A stretch of DNA of 64,000 nucleotides from Leptospira sp. (GTDB lineage: Bacteria > Spirochaetota > Leptospiria > Leptospirales > Leptospiraceae), in the NCBI GenBank assembly GCA_034439575.1, contig JAWXAQ010000016.1, positions 224,001-288,000 of the forward strand, given 5' to 3'. The notes under the pieces are model-generated. The model saw nothing but the letters and a program-made list of their open reading frames with translations. It was not told where the DNA came from and ran no database searches. Below are positions 30,439 to 40,495 of the stretch, piece by piece. The first letter of the stretch is position 1, and each line of letters begins with the position of its first letter. The translations under genes were made by a program, and so were the position numbers.

Positions 30439-31760
30439 AATTTTTACTCTTAACCATTTTACTTTCCCTAAATCTAAGTTACTGTTCGTCCACATCGAAT
30501 ATGGATGGTGGCGAAGGTTCAAACGAATTCGAACTCATTACAAAGAGCGGCAAATTTATACGCATTGAACGATTTAAAAATTCCGGAGGCATCCGCGCTA
30601 AGGGCGAAGTGAAAGCGGAATGTGGGGGCGCGAAATGTACTGAAGATCAAGTTTCAAAATTTGCTCAGCCAAAAATTAAATCTTTAGTAAAACATGGCTC
30701 TTGGGAAGAATATTTGCAATTCGAACAAGAAGGTTCCACCGCTGAAAACAAAAAATTTAAGTCTACTATGGATTCTTACGGCGAATATGTGGATGGCAAA
30801 AAAGTAGGCATTTGGAAAAAACCTGATGCAGAAAATCCTTCCCGCACAATCGGAGAAGTTCCTTGGGTGGATGGGAAAAAAGAAGGCATCGCAAAGACTT
30901 ATGATAAATCAGGGGTCGTCAATAGCGAAACAGAATACCATGATGATAAAAAAGAAGGACCTTATTGGAAAAAAAATTCTAAAGGGGAATGGTTAGAAAA
31001 AGGAGCCTTCAAAAATAATGAAGAGCATGGTCCTTGGACTTACCATTTTACTGGAAGTGAAGGTAATGGGATTAAAACTGCTGTTAGTTTTTTGAATGGC
31101 CAAAAATCAGGTCAAGAAACCAATTATTACAAAGATGGCAAAATTGAATCTCAAGGAAATTATACAAACGGTGCCAGGACAGGGGAATGGAAGATGTTTG
31201 GTCCAAAAGAAAACTTAGTCGCAGAAGGAAGTTATTCTTTAAAAGCAGGTGTTGCCGAAGATGCCGAAATCAAATACGAAAGAACAGGTATTTGGAAAGA
31301 GTATTATGCTGATGGAAAATTATTTGGGCAAGGGACTAGAAAACATACTCGAACAGGAAACTGGAAATTCTACTATAACAACGGACAGGTTGGATACGAT
31401 GGAATTATGGCGAATGAAAGCATGTTTGAAACAGCCAAAGTCTATGACAAAAATGGCTCGATATTAGGTGATGGGAAATTGTTTTTTTCTCTTGTAAAAA
31501 TTGACGAAACTACCAATGACTTAAAACTCAATTATAAACCAGCCATACCATATACTTATTTTTATCCTTCTGGTAAGAAAAGAATTGTCATTCGCGATAA
31601 AGATGATGCAACGGAATATAGTGAAGATGGACGAGAACTGGGTCGAGGATCTGTCGATCCTTCAGGAAGAAAAATGGGTTGTTGGACAATAGGCGGAAAA
31701 AAAGAATACTATATGTTAGACTCTCCAAAACCAAAATTAACACCGACACAATGCCAATAA
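30435..31760 (+). CDS. MORN-variant repeat lipoprotein (LIC20035-like adhesin)
   Basis: Lipobox (LSYC); repeated GxWxxY/F..G units. Confidence 0.75.
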   Translation: MKFLLLTILLSLNLSYCSSTSNMDGGEGSNEFELITKSGKFIRIERFKNSGGIRAKGEVKAECGGAKCTEDQVSKFAQPKIKSLVKHGSWEEYLQFEQEGSTAENKKFKSTMDSYGEYVDGKKVGIWKKPDAENPSRTIGEVPWVDGKKEGIAKTYDKSGVVNSETEYHDDKKEGPYWKKNSKGEWLEKGAFKNNEEHGPWTYHFTGSEGNGIKTAVSFLNGQKSGQETNYYKDGKIESQGNYTNGARTGEWKMFGPKENLVAEGSYSLKAGVAEDAEIKYERTGIWKEYYADGKLFGQGTRKHTRTGNWKFYYNNGQVGYDGIMANESMFETAKVYDKNGSILGDGKLFFSLVKIDETTNDLKLNYKPAIPYTYFYPSGKKRIVIRDKDDATEYSEDGRELGRGSVDPSGRKMGCWTIGGKKEYYMLDSPKPKLTPTQCQ

Positions 31761-32731
31761 GCGAAGCAACACTCAACGAAACACATTCAAAAATAAAAAG
31801 TCTTAAAGAAGAATTGTCCCGAAATATTTCCGGGATGTCTACCGTCATTGACCCACTTATCGTGGGTTTGGTGGCGAAGGGACATATCTTACTAGAAGGT
31901 ATGCCAGGTCTTGCAAAAACATTACTCGCAAAAAGTATTGCCAATTGTATAGATGCAGATTTTAGCCGTGTCCAATTCACACCAGATCTGCTTCCAGCCG
32001 ACCTAACAGGCACAAACATCTTCAATCCAAAAAGCACATCCTTTGAAATTAAAAAAGGTCCGATTTTTACAAATATACTTCTTGCCGATGAAATCAATAG
32101 AGCTCCCGCAAAAGTACAATCCGCTTTACTGCAATGTATGGAAGAAAAACAGGTAACAATCGCAGAATCAACGTTTGATCTAAATCCTCCATTTTTTGTC
32201 ATCGCAACGCAAAACCCCATCGACCAAGACGGGACATATCCATTGCCAGAAGCACAATTGGATAGATTTTTATTTAAAATCCATGTGAATTACCCTAGCG
32301 AAGACGAAGAATATTCCGTTTTGCAAATGCATGGTAACCTAACAAATAAACTCCCTAAAACAAAAAAAATTCTCAAAGCTAAAGACTTATTCGAACTTTC
32401 AGAAACGGCAGATCTTATATTTATCGATCCTAAATTACAACATTACATTGTAAAATTGATAAGAAATACAAGACCTGAATCTTTACTTGCAGAAGATATT
32501 AAACCATTTATAAAACATGGTGCCAGTCCACGAGCAAGTCTTGCCTTACTCAAAGTTTCAAAAATCAATGCTCTATTAGAAGGGAGAGATTTTGTAATTC
32601 CAGAAGATATTATCAAATATTTTTACCAAATAGTAAACCATCGCATTTTACTTTCTTTGGAAGCCATTACAGAAGATGTTTCTGTAGATTCGATTATAAA
32701 AAGAGTATTGAATATTACAGAAGTTCCGTAG
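31751..32731 (+). CDS. moxR: MoxR AAA+ ATPase
   Basis: LLEGMPGLAKT, QFTPDLLPAD, LADEINRA, LPEAQLDRF. Confidence 0.95.
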   Translation: MPISEATLNETHSKIKSLKEELSRNISGMSTVIDPLIVGLVAKGHILLEGMPGLAKTLLAKSIANCIDADFSRVQFTPDLLPADLTGTNIFNPKSTSFEIKKGPIFTNILLADEINRAPAKVQSALLQCMEEKQVTIAESTFDLNPPFFVIATQNPIDQDGTYPLPEAQLDRFLFKIHVNYPSEDEEYSVLQMHGNLTNKLPKTKKILKAKDLFELSETADLIFIDPKLQHYIVKLIRNTRPESLLAEDIKPFIKHGASPRASLALLKVSKINALLEGRDFVIPEDIIKYFYQIVNHRILLSLEAITEDVSVDSIIKRVLNITEVP

Positions 32732-32739
32732 TCTATCCA

Positions 32740-33564
32740 ATGTTAGATCCAGAATTAAAAAGACTTCTTGCGATCGTAAAATGGGAAACAAAACGTAAAT
32801 TTCAGTCACTCGGCGCAGGCGCTTTAACTCCCAAAAATAGAGGGCGCGGTTTAGAATTTAAAGAAGTAAGACAGTATAATTATGGTGATGACACACGTTA
32901 CATAGACTGGAATGTAACTTCTCGGACTGGAGATATTCATGTAAAGGAATACTACTCAGAACAAGATGTCCCAGTACTTATCAATCTAGATTGTTCTGCT
33001 TCCATGAAAGAACAAAAAATTAATACCGCATTACAACTATCATACTTTTTAACATTGTTTCACATCCGAATGGGCAATAGAGTTCGGATCACTTTATTCT
33101 CAGACGATCCTTATCATTCTGGCAAATTATTGACGAGTGAAAATGAAGCGTATGTGGAATTTAAAATGATTAATGATCGTGTCAAAATTAGAAAAAAAAA
33201 CCGCACAAACTATATAAAAACCTTAGAATTCAATTCAAAAATTTCACCAAAATTTAGCATTTGTTACTGGCTTTCCGATTTTTGCCAATTCAATGGTTTT
33301 CAAAATTCAAAATCATTATTAACTCGGTATGAAAATTATGGGCTCTGGATTGAAGAAAAATATTCTGAAATGAACCTTCCTTTTTGGTTTAAAATTTTCA
33401 AATTAAAAGACTCAGAGTTAAATTCATTTTTGACTCATGAAAATCGAATGCAAAAAGATAAAAGATATTTTTTAGAAAGTTTTAAATCAAATGCTATTGT
33501 CATACGACCAGAGATTAAACTTAGCAAACAAATCCTTTCCGTTTTTATGCAGGGAACAAAATGA
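32740..33564 (+). CDS. DUF58 domain protein
   Basis: GRGLEFKEVRQY..GDD.RYIDWNVT. Confidence 0.92.
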   Translation: MLDPELKRLLAIVKWETKRKFQSLGAGALTPKNRGRGLEFKEVRQYNYGDDTRYIDWNVTSRTGDIHVKEYYSEQDVPVLINLDCSASMKEQKINTALQLSYFLTLFHIRMGNRVRITLFSDDPYHSGKLLTSENEAYVEFKMINDRVKIRKKNRTNYIKTLEFNSKISPKFSICYWLSDFCQFNGFQNSKSLLTRYENYGLWIEEKYSEMNLPFWFKIFKLKDSELNSFLTHENRMQKDKRYFLESFKSNAIVIRPEIKLSKQILSVFMQGTK

Positions 33565-34409
33565 AATTCCTTATTTATTTATTTGTGTTCTTTTTATTTT
33601 TAAGCAATTTATACGGGAAACCGAACGAATCCTTTACACCTAACAATCCATTTGTTGGCGATCTAATCGAATACAATATCGAATTCCAAGAAAAATTACC
33701 AGACACAATCACATATCCGGAAGGTGAATTTATAGAAGAGGGGGAAGAACTAGCACGTTTCAAAGTTTTAGAAGTAATTAAAGAAAACAATTCACTCAAA
33801 TTAAAAATTCGTTTTTACGCATCTGGTGAATTTATTTTGCCTATCGAATGGGAAGAAGGACAGAGTTTAAATCATAGTGAATTAAAAATCAAAATCAGTT
33901 CAGTTTTGACAGGAAACGAAGAAGATATCGAACCTATCGAAAATCCAATTTTATTTTCTGGAAAGTATTGGCATAGGTTACTTCTAGCAATCTTGATATT
34001 CGTATCCCTTTGTTATTTGATATATTCTCTTTTTTTAATATGGAAACGACAAAATAAAATTGTAAATGCGAATTGGGAAAAAATTCCAGAGCCTGAAATA
34101 AGAACCAAAAAACTATACCAAATTGAAGAATTTTTAAAACAGGAACAAATTAATTTAAAAGAATTCACATATCTTTTTTCAAGTTACATCAAAGAAGAAT
34201 ATTCACATAGACTAAATCAAAATTTATCCAATTTGACTGACTCGGCATTTCTAGCCCATTTATACGACCATAGTGGACTTGAAGAATCTATTTTAAGGGA
34301 GCTGCGAATTGTTTTCAGAAAAATAAAATACACAAATCATTCTGAATTTGTTTCTAAAAGTAGTGCGAAAGAATTATTTGAAAGTTGGAAACAAAATCTC
34401 AAATTATAA
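33561..34409 (+). CDS. Membrane protein of the bat operon, hypothetical
   Basis: Signal peptide plus one TM; lies between DUF58 and batA. Confidence 0.75.
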   Translation: MKFLIYLFVFFLFLSNLYGKPNESFTPNNPFVGDLIEYNIEFQEKLPDTITYPEGEFIEEGEELARFKVLEVIKENNSLKLKIRFYASGEFILPIEWEEGQSLNHSELKIKISSVLTGNEEDIEPIENPILFSGKYWHRLLLAILIFVSLCYLIYSLFLIWKRQNKIVNANWEKIPEPEIRTKKLYQIEEFLKQEQINLKEFTYLFSSYIKEEYSHRLNQNLSNLTDSAFLAHLYDHSGLEESILRELRIVFRKIKYTNHSEFVSKSSAKELFESWKQNLKL

Positions 34410-34411
34410 TT

Positions 34412-35359
34412 ATGGAATATTTTGAAAGACCATATCTTCTTTTACTTTTTTTTCCGTTAGCTTTATTGATAATTTTAGCGATCCGTAAAAAAAAATATTT
34501 TATTTCTTTAGAAGGCGTTTGGGATCGAAATGAATTATCTACACATACTAATTTATTCTATAAACCTTTTAGCTATATTTCAGCATCGATCTCTTACATT
34601 GCACTTGGATTTTTAATTTATTCTGCAGCGGGCCCAGGACTTAAGTATTCCTTTTTACCTGATGAAACATTGGGTGTTGATATTGTCATTGCTCTAGATA
34701 TTTCTGGATCAATGGTTAATAGTTATGATTTTCTTCCTAATAACAGATTGACAGTTTCAAAAAATCTACTTAAAAATTTTATAATGCGTAGAACGCAAGA
34801 TAGGCTAGGGTTAGTGGTTTTTGCTGGCGCGGCCTATTTGCAATCTCCACTAACGAGCGATAGAGATGCACTTACTCAACTAATTGATGAAGCGGATGAT
34901 ACAAGTATCGACGAACAAGGGACTGCTATCGGCGATGCCCTTATGTTATCCACCTATCGATTGAAAAATTCACAGGCTAAATCAAAAGTTATCGTTCTTT
35001 TGACGGACGGAGTCTCAAATACAGGAAAACTAGATCCTCTTTCTGCCTCTTTTGCATCCAAAGCTTATAAAATTAAAGTCTATTCTATAGGCATTGGAAA
35101 AGAAGCAGGGCAGTACGAAGTGAATTTTGATGCATTAAACTCCATTTCGAAAGAAACCGGCGGTCAATTTTATCGTGCAGAATCAGCAGAAGATTTAGCA
35201 GATGTATTAAATGAGATAGATAGTTTGGAAAAAGATCCATTGCCCAAAAAACCCACCCAATTATCACAAACCTTATTTCCAGACTATGTACTTATATTTA
35301 TATTATTGATGTTACTTGACACCTTACTTAAAATTTTCCCTTTTAAAGAGGCTTTGTAG
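34412..35359 (+). CDS. batA: BatA VWA-domain protein
   Basis: MIDAS DISGSM, GTAIGDA, LLTDG; TM ends. Confidence 0.88.
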   Translation: MEYFERPYLLLLFFPLALLIILAIRKKKYFISLEGVWDRNELSTHTNLFYKPFSYISASISYIALGFLIYSAAGPGLKYSFLPDETLGVDIVIALDISGSMVNSYDFLPNNRLTVSKNLLKNFIMRRTQDRLGLVVFAGAAYLQSPLTSDRDALTQLIDEADDTSIDEQGTAIGDALMLSTYRLKNSQAKSKVIVLLTDGVSNTGKLDPLSASFASKAYKIKVYSIGIGKEAGQYEVNFDALNSISKETGGQFYRAESAEDLADVLNEIDSLEKDPLPKKPTQLSQTLFPDYVLIFILLMLLDTLLKIFPFKEAL

Positions 35360-35362
35360 AAT

Positions 35363-37033
35363 ATGGAATGGTCGTCGATGCTAATTCCAATAGGCCTAAC
35401 AACAATTATACTCATTTTATTTGTGATTATTATAAAAATATTCTTTTTATATAAGGTTAATCAATATCTATCAGATAAAAAATATTTAGAAATCAGATTT
35501 CTATTACCAAATATCTTTCGTTTGACGTTTGGAAATTTACTCATCGTCACATCCGTTACATTCTCATTACTAGCACTATATCAAACTAAGGCAAATGAAG
35601 CCGAACTTTCACAACAAAAAAAATCAGTGGATATACTTTTTTTAATCGATGTTAGTCTTTCAATGAATGCCGTTGATATCTATCCATCTCGATTAAAAAG
35701 AGCGCAAGATTTATTGCAAAGGATTGCCCCTGATCTTTCAGGCAATCGAGTCGGGATCATCGCCTTCGCAGGAAATGCATTTTCTTTTTGCCCTATGACT
35801 TCTGATATGACAGCTTTCTCTGATTATGTAAATGCACTAGGTGTGGATATGATAGGAAAGAAAGGGACAGATCTTTCAAAGGCATTATCGAAAGCTGAAA
35901 CTCTTTTATCTTCCACTAAACTTTTAAAAAATAGAATCATTGTTATAATTTCAGATGGGGAAGAACATGAGTCTTCTTTACCAAAAAAACTTGATGCGGA
36001 AACTATAGTATGGGGGATAGGAACTGAAGAAGGTGGCAAGATCTATTTTGGCGAAGAAAATGCGGCTAATTCTGGTTATGTTACTAACGCAGGGGGACTA
36101 AGCCAAGACAGTGAAAGCCCAGATATTATCATTACAAAACTGAATGAAAACTTTCTAAAAGAATTATCTGGAATTGGAAATGGCAAATATTATAATGTTA
36201 GCCAAGAATCTTTTGGAGTCTACAAATTGCTTGATCAAATAGATCAAATGCAAAAAAACCAAACATTGTTATTGCAAAAAATAAAAAAAGAAGACGGGGC
36301 AGAAATTTATCTGATCATCGCGGTTGCATGTTTCCTTTTAGAAAGATTGATGCGATTTTTCTATTTTCCAAAAAACAAGATAATCAATGTTTCTTTAATT
36401 TTATTTTTAGTATTAGCTTATACTCCAATTTCAGCGTGGGAATTAGACCCAGGCGGAAACTTAATTGAGGAGGGAAATAAACTTTATGAAGAAAAAAAAT
36501 TCAATGAAGCAAATTCAAAATATAAAGAAGCAGACGAATATTTTTCAGATGATATCAGGTTACAATTTAACAAAGGAGATACGGACTACCAATTAGGCAA
36601 ATTTGAAGAAGCGATAAAAAAAAATCAATCGATCATTGACAATCCAAATGTTTCAAAAGATTTGAAGGCAAAGTCATATTATAACCTAGGAAATGCTTAT
36701 TTTAAACAAAAAGATATGAAAGCAGCTCAGAAGAATTATGAAGAAGCATTAAAACTTAATCCTGAACATCTACCTTCCAAAAAAAATCTAGAATTACTCT
36801 TTCGAAAAAATCCAAATCAAAATTCGACTTCAAATAACAAACAGAGCAATCATCAAAAAAATCAAGAATCAAATTCAGATCATCAATCTAAAGAAAACAA
36901 AAATGCAAAACAAAACAAAGATCAAAGCGAAAGAGAAAGTGCAGATAGAATGATGGATCACTTTTCACCTGATTCCATATTGAAACCAAAAAATAGATCG
37001 GGAGGAAATGGAGAAAATGAGAAGTTTTGGTAA
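35363..37033 (+). CDS. batB: BatB VWA + TPR protein
   Basis: DVSLSM, ISDGE, TPR repeats (YYNLGNAYF), Q/N-rich tail. Confidence 0.85.
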   Translation: MEWSSMLIPIGLTTIILILFVIIIKIFFLYKVNQYLSDKKYLEIRFLLPNIFRLTFGNLLIVTSVTFSLLALYQTKANEAELSQQKKSVDILFLIDVSLSMNAVDIYPSRLKRAQDLLQRIAPDLSGNRVGIIAFAGNAFSFCPMTSDMTAFSDYVNALGVDMIGKKGTDLSKALSKAETLLSSTKLLKNRIIVIISDGEEHESSLPKKLDAETIVWGIGTEEGGKIYFGEENAANSGYVTNAGGLSQDSESPDIIITKLNENFLKELSGIGNGKYYNVSQESFGVYKLLDQIDQMQKNQTLLLQKIKKEDGAEIYLIIAVACFLLERLMRFFYFPKNKIINVSLILFLVLAYTPISAWELDPGGNLIEEGNKLYEEKKFNEANSKYKEADEYFSDDIRLQFNKGDTDYQLGKFEEAIKKNQSIIDNPNVSKDLKAKSYYNLGNAYFKQKDMKAAQKNYEEALKLNPEHLPSKKNLELLFRKNPNQNSTSNNKQSNHQKNQESNSDHQSKENKNAKQNKDQSERESADRMMDHFSPDSILKPKNRSGGNGENEKFW

Positions 37034-38642
37034 ATTTTTCTTTTTACTATTACTTCACATAATATCGGTAAGTCTCAACGCTTCAGATCTTAGTTTCGAA
37101 TTGGATAGAAACCGAATCGAGGCAGGCGATGTAATTATTTTAAATGTGATCCATACTGGCGATAAAAAGCTTAACCCAACAGACAGACGTTATATTTCTA
37201 AGAATGTGCAAGTATACTTCTTGGGCAATTCATTCGAAACAAAAATTATAAATTTTAAAGTTACTCGTAGTTCTATTTTGAAATACCAAATATCAAGTGA
37301 TATAATTGGTAAACATGAAATTCCGAACATTAAAGTTAATCTAGATGATGAAATCAAATCATCTCCGAATTTAGTATTTGAAGTAATACCAAAACAAAAA
37401 ATAACCACACCAAAAATGGGGAACAAAAGCATATTTGATGAATTTTTTGGCGATCTAAACCCTTCGAATGAAACAGGGATACCACCAGAAGTCGCATTCC
37501 ATACAAATACTAACATTTGCTATATTGGTGAGCCAATCATTGGATACTATGTGCTTTATTATAATGATTTACGCCAACCCTATTTGGAACGTGATCCAAA
37601 TCAGTCCATATCATTTCCTTTTTTTATCTCCGAAACAATAGATAAAGTCACAGTTCAAATAAACCCAACTGTAAATCGTTCAGGTATTGAAAGAAATACA
37701 TTAGTATATTTAAAAGAAATTTATGGATTAACCCCTTTGAAAGCTGGGAATCTCTCTATAGGCGCAACTAACTTTGTGGTTGGTGATAGTTTAAAATTTG
37801 GTGCCTTACATGAGTCACTCTCAGTCAAAGAGCAGAAAGTGACGGTATTACCACTTCCATTGGGGAGTCCAAAATATTTTTCTGGAGCCATTGGCGAATA
37901 TGATTTATCTTTAATCGCGAAAGAGAAAGCCATCGGAGTAGGGGAGAGTTTTTATTTTTCTATTCGTGTTTTTGGGAAGGGGGCTGGCAATGGGATCAAA
38001 GACCCGCTGCAACTGGATGACTCACATAACAATGGAGAGATACATCTTATTAAAAAAGATAAATCTAAAAGTTTTAGAAAACTGGAGAGCGGTGAGTATG
38101 GTTTTTATTCCGAAAATATATTTCAGTATAGCTTCGAATCGAAAACTGAAGGGATAAAAAATCTCCCTCAAGCAGCATTACATTATTTCTCACCATCCAA
38201 ACATTCTTACGAGAGTAAGTTTTTAAAACTACCTACTATCACAGTAAAAAAATATACACCCAATCTCTCATCTAACAATGAAGAAGGTGTCCATTCTCAA
38301 CCTCATACTTCAACTATCGTTATCAGTATATCTATTGGATTTTCAATACTAATCATTTTTTTTGGATATTTACTTTATATAAAGAAAATTAAGATTACTG
38401 AGCAAATGATAGAATTAGGACAAAAAATTGGTTCCAAGCGCGGAGATATTCTAAAAGACTTTCTAATTAGACATGGGATTAGCGAATCGGATGCATCCAC
38501 TTTGAAAGAATTGTCTTTAGTCTTTCAGAAAGAATCATGGTCTGCAATATACAAAAATTGCAGTAAATCCGACAGAAATATTCTTATTCATACATTTCAT
38601 AAACTTAAAGGAGAATCATATGACAACAGAAGAAAAAGGTAA
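37008..38642 (+). CDS. batD: BatD family protein
   Basis: Signal peptide, FSGAIGEY, C-terminal TM; position in the bat operon. Confidence 0.8.
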   Translation: MEKMRSFGKFFFLLLLHIISVSLNASDLSFELDRNRIEAGDVIILNVIHTGDKKLNPTDRRYISKNVQVYFLGNSFETKIINFKVTRSSILKYQISSDIIGKHEIPNIKVNLDDEIKSSPNLVFEVIPKQKITTPKMGNKSIFDEFFGDLNPSNETGIPPEVAFHTNTNICYIGEPIIGYYVLYYNDLRQPYLERDPNQSISFPFFISETIDKVTVQINPTVNRSGIERNTLVYLKEIYGLTPLKAGNLSIGATNFVVGDSLKFGALHESLSVKEQKVTVLPLPLGSPKYFSGAIGEYDLSLIAKEKAIGVGESFYFSIRVFGKGAGNGIKDPLQLDDSHNNGEIHLIKKDKSKSFRKLESGEYGFYSENIFQYSFESKTEGIKNLPQAALHYFSPSKHSYESKFLKLPTITVKKYTPNLSSNNEEGVHSQPHTSTIVISISIGFSILIIFFGYLLYIKKIKITEQMIELGQKIGSKRGDILKDFLIRHGISESDASTLKELSLVFQKESWSAIYKNCSKSDRNILIHTFHKLKGESYDNRRKR

Positions 38643-40455
38643 AATAAGTGTAGAAACGGAAAATATTTTTCCAATCATCAAAAAATGGCTCTATTCAGAA
38701 AAAGACATCTTCATTAGAGAACTAGTTTCTAATGCTTGTGATGCGATCAGTAAATTAAAAAAAGTTTCTCTTTCAGAAGAATTCGAAGGTGGAACTGATT
38801 ACAAAATTGAGCTCTCATTTGATAAAGACAACCGAATACTCGTTATAGAAGATAACGGGATCGGTATGACATCAGATGAAGTAAAAAAATACATTAATCA
38901 AATTGCATTTTCTGGAGCCACTGACTTCGCAAAACATTACCAAAACAATGAAAATAAAACAGAGATTATAGGTCACTTTGGTCTTGGTTTTTAATCTTGT
39001 TTTATGGTATCAAAAAAAGTTACTATAGAGACGAAGTCATATAAAAAAGGTGAACGCGGTGTACTATGGGAAAGCGAATCGGGTACTGACTTTTCCATTT
39101 CATCCATAGAAAAAGAATTAAGAGGAACAAAAATTTCACTCCACCTTGATTCGGAATCAGGAGAATATCTTGATAAATGGAAATTAAAAGATCTAATCAA
39201 AAAGTATTGTGACTTTCTTCCCGTTGGAATCTATGTAGATGGGGAAAAAGCAAATAGGGAAAAACCTTTATGGTCAGAAGAACCTTCAAAGGTCAAACAA
39301 GAAGATTATAGAGATTTTTATAATTATCTTTTTCCATTCTCTGGTGAATCACTTTTTCACATTCATCTAAATGTAGATTTTCCATTTCGTTTGCAAGGTA
39401 TATTATACTTTCCTAAACTAACTCACGAATTGGATGCCGCAAAGAATGGTATAAAATTATTTTGTAACCATGTATTTGTAAGCGACAATGCCAATGAGCT
39501 CATTCCTCAATTTCTAACAATACTCAAAGGTACAATTGATATCCCAGATCTTCCACTGAATGTCTCAAGATCTTATCTACAAAATGACCCGCTCGTTAAA
39601 AAGATATCTGGTCACATAATTAAAAAAGTAGCCGATCGACTTGTTGATGATTTCAAAAAAAACAGGGAAGAGTTTCAGAAAAATTGGACGGATATTTCAA
39701 TATTCGTAAAATATGGTGTACTAACAGACGAAAAATTTTTTGAAGCAGTTAAAGATGTATTAATCTTTAAAAACTCGGAAGCTGGTTTCTATACTCTGAA
39801 TGAGTATTGGGAAAAGAATAAAGAAAAAAATCAAAACAAGATATATTACGCCAATGAAACAGAAATGAGTTCTGTTTATATGGAACTACTTAAATCACAA
39901 GGATTGGAAGCCTTGTTAGTTGACGCGAAAATCGATTCTCATTTAATCCAACATCTTGAAATGAAAAATCCAGATATGAAATTTCAGAGAGTAGATGCAG
40001 AAGTTGCAGATCAAATTGTCGACAAAGAAGCGAGCCCAGGTGTCGTCGATGCGAATAATCAGACGGAAACTGATAGGATTCTTGCATTTTTTAAAACGAC
40101 AGTGCATAGAGAAGGAATAGAAATCAAAGCCGAAGCATTGAAATCTTCTGTCGTTCCCGCGGTAATCTTACTTCCGGAATTTATGAGAAGAATGAGTGAA
40201 ATGAATTCAATGATGAATAAGGACGATTCTATGAATCTTTTAAAGAATCATACCCTACTTATCAATTCAAGTTCGCCACTTGTAAAGTCCGCCTTACGGG
40301 AGTTTGAGGGAGTAAGCCCCGACAAAGGAAAAAAAATCGCTCAATTGATTTACGACCTAGCCTTAATTTCTGCAAAAGCGATGAATGAGCATGAAATCGC
40401 AGAGTACACAAAACGTACAACAGCATTTCTAGAGGAAATTCTAGCTAAAAATTAA
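38620..40455 (+). pseudogene. htpG: Chaperone HtpG (Hsp90) interrupted by an in-frame TAA at 38992-38994
   Basis: ORFs 38620-38994 and 39004-40455 share a frame; read-through gives [15 protein letters not shown] where Hsp90s have GFYS. Confidence 0.85.
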
Positions 40456-40495
40456 AAAAGGACTTTCCATTTTTCTTTGGCAATGTTGACTCCTA

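Noticed and set aside
36790-36940. Q/N/K-rich low-complexity tract in batB
   Set aside because: Ordinary linker of BatB/BatC-type TPR proteins, not a DNA repeat element
38992-38994. Programmed readthrough or alternative genetic code at the htpG TAA
   Set aside because: TAA terminates many other genes here normally; a point mutation or sequencing error is simpler
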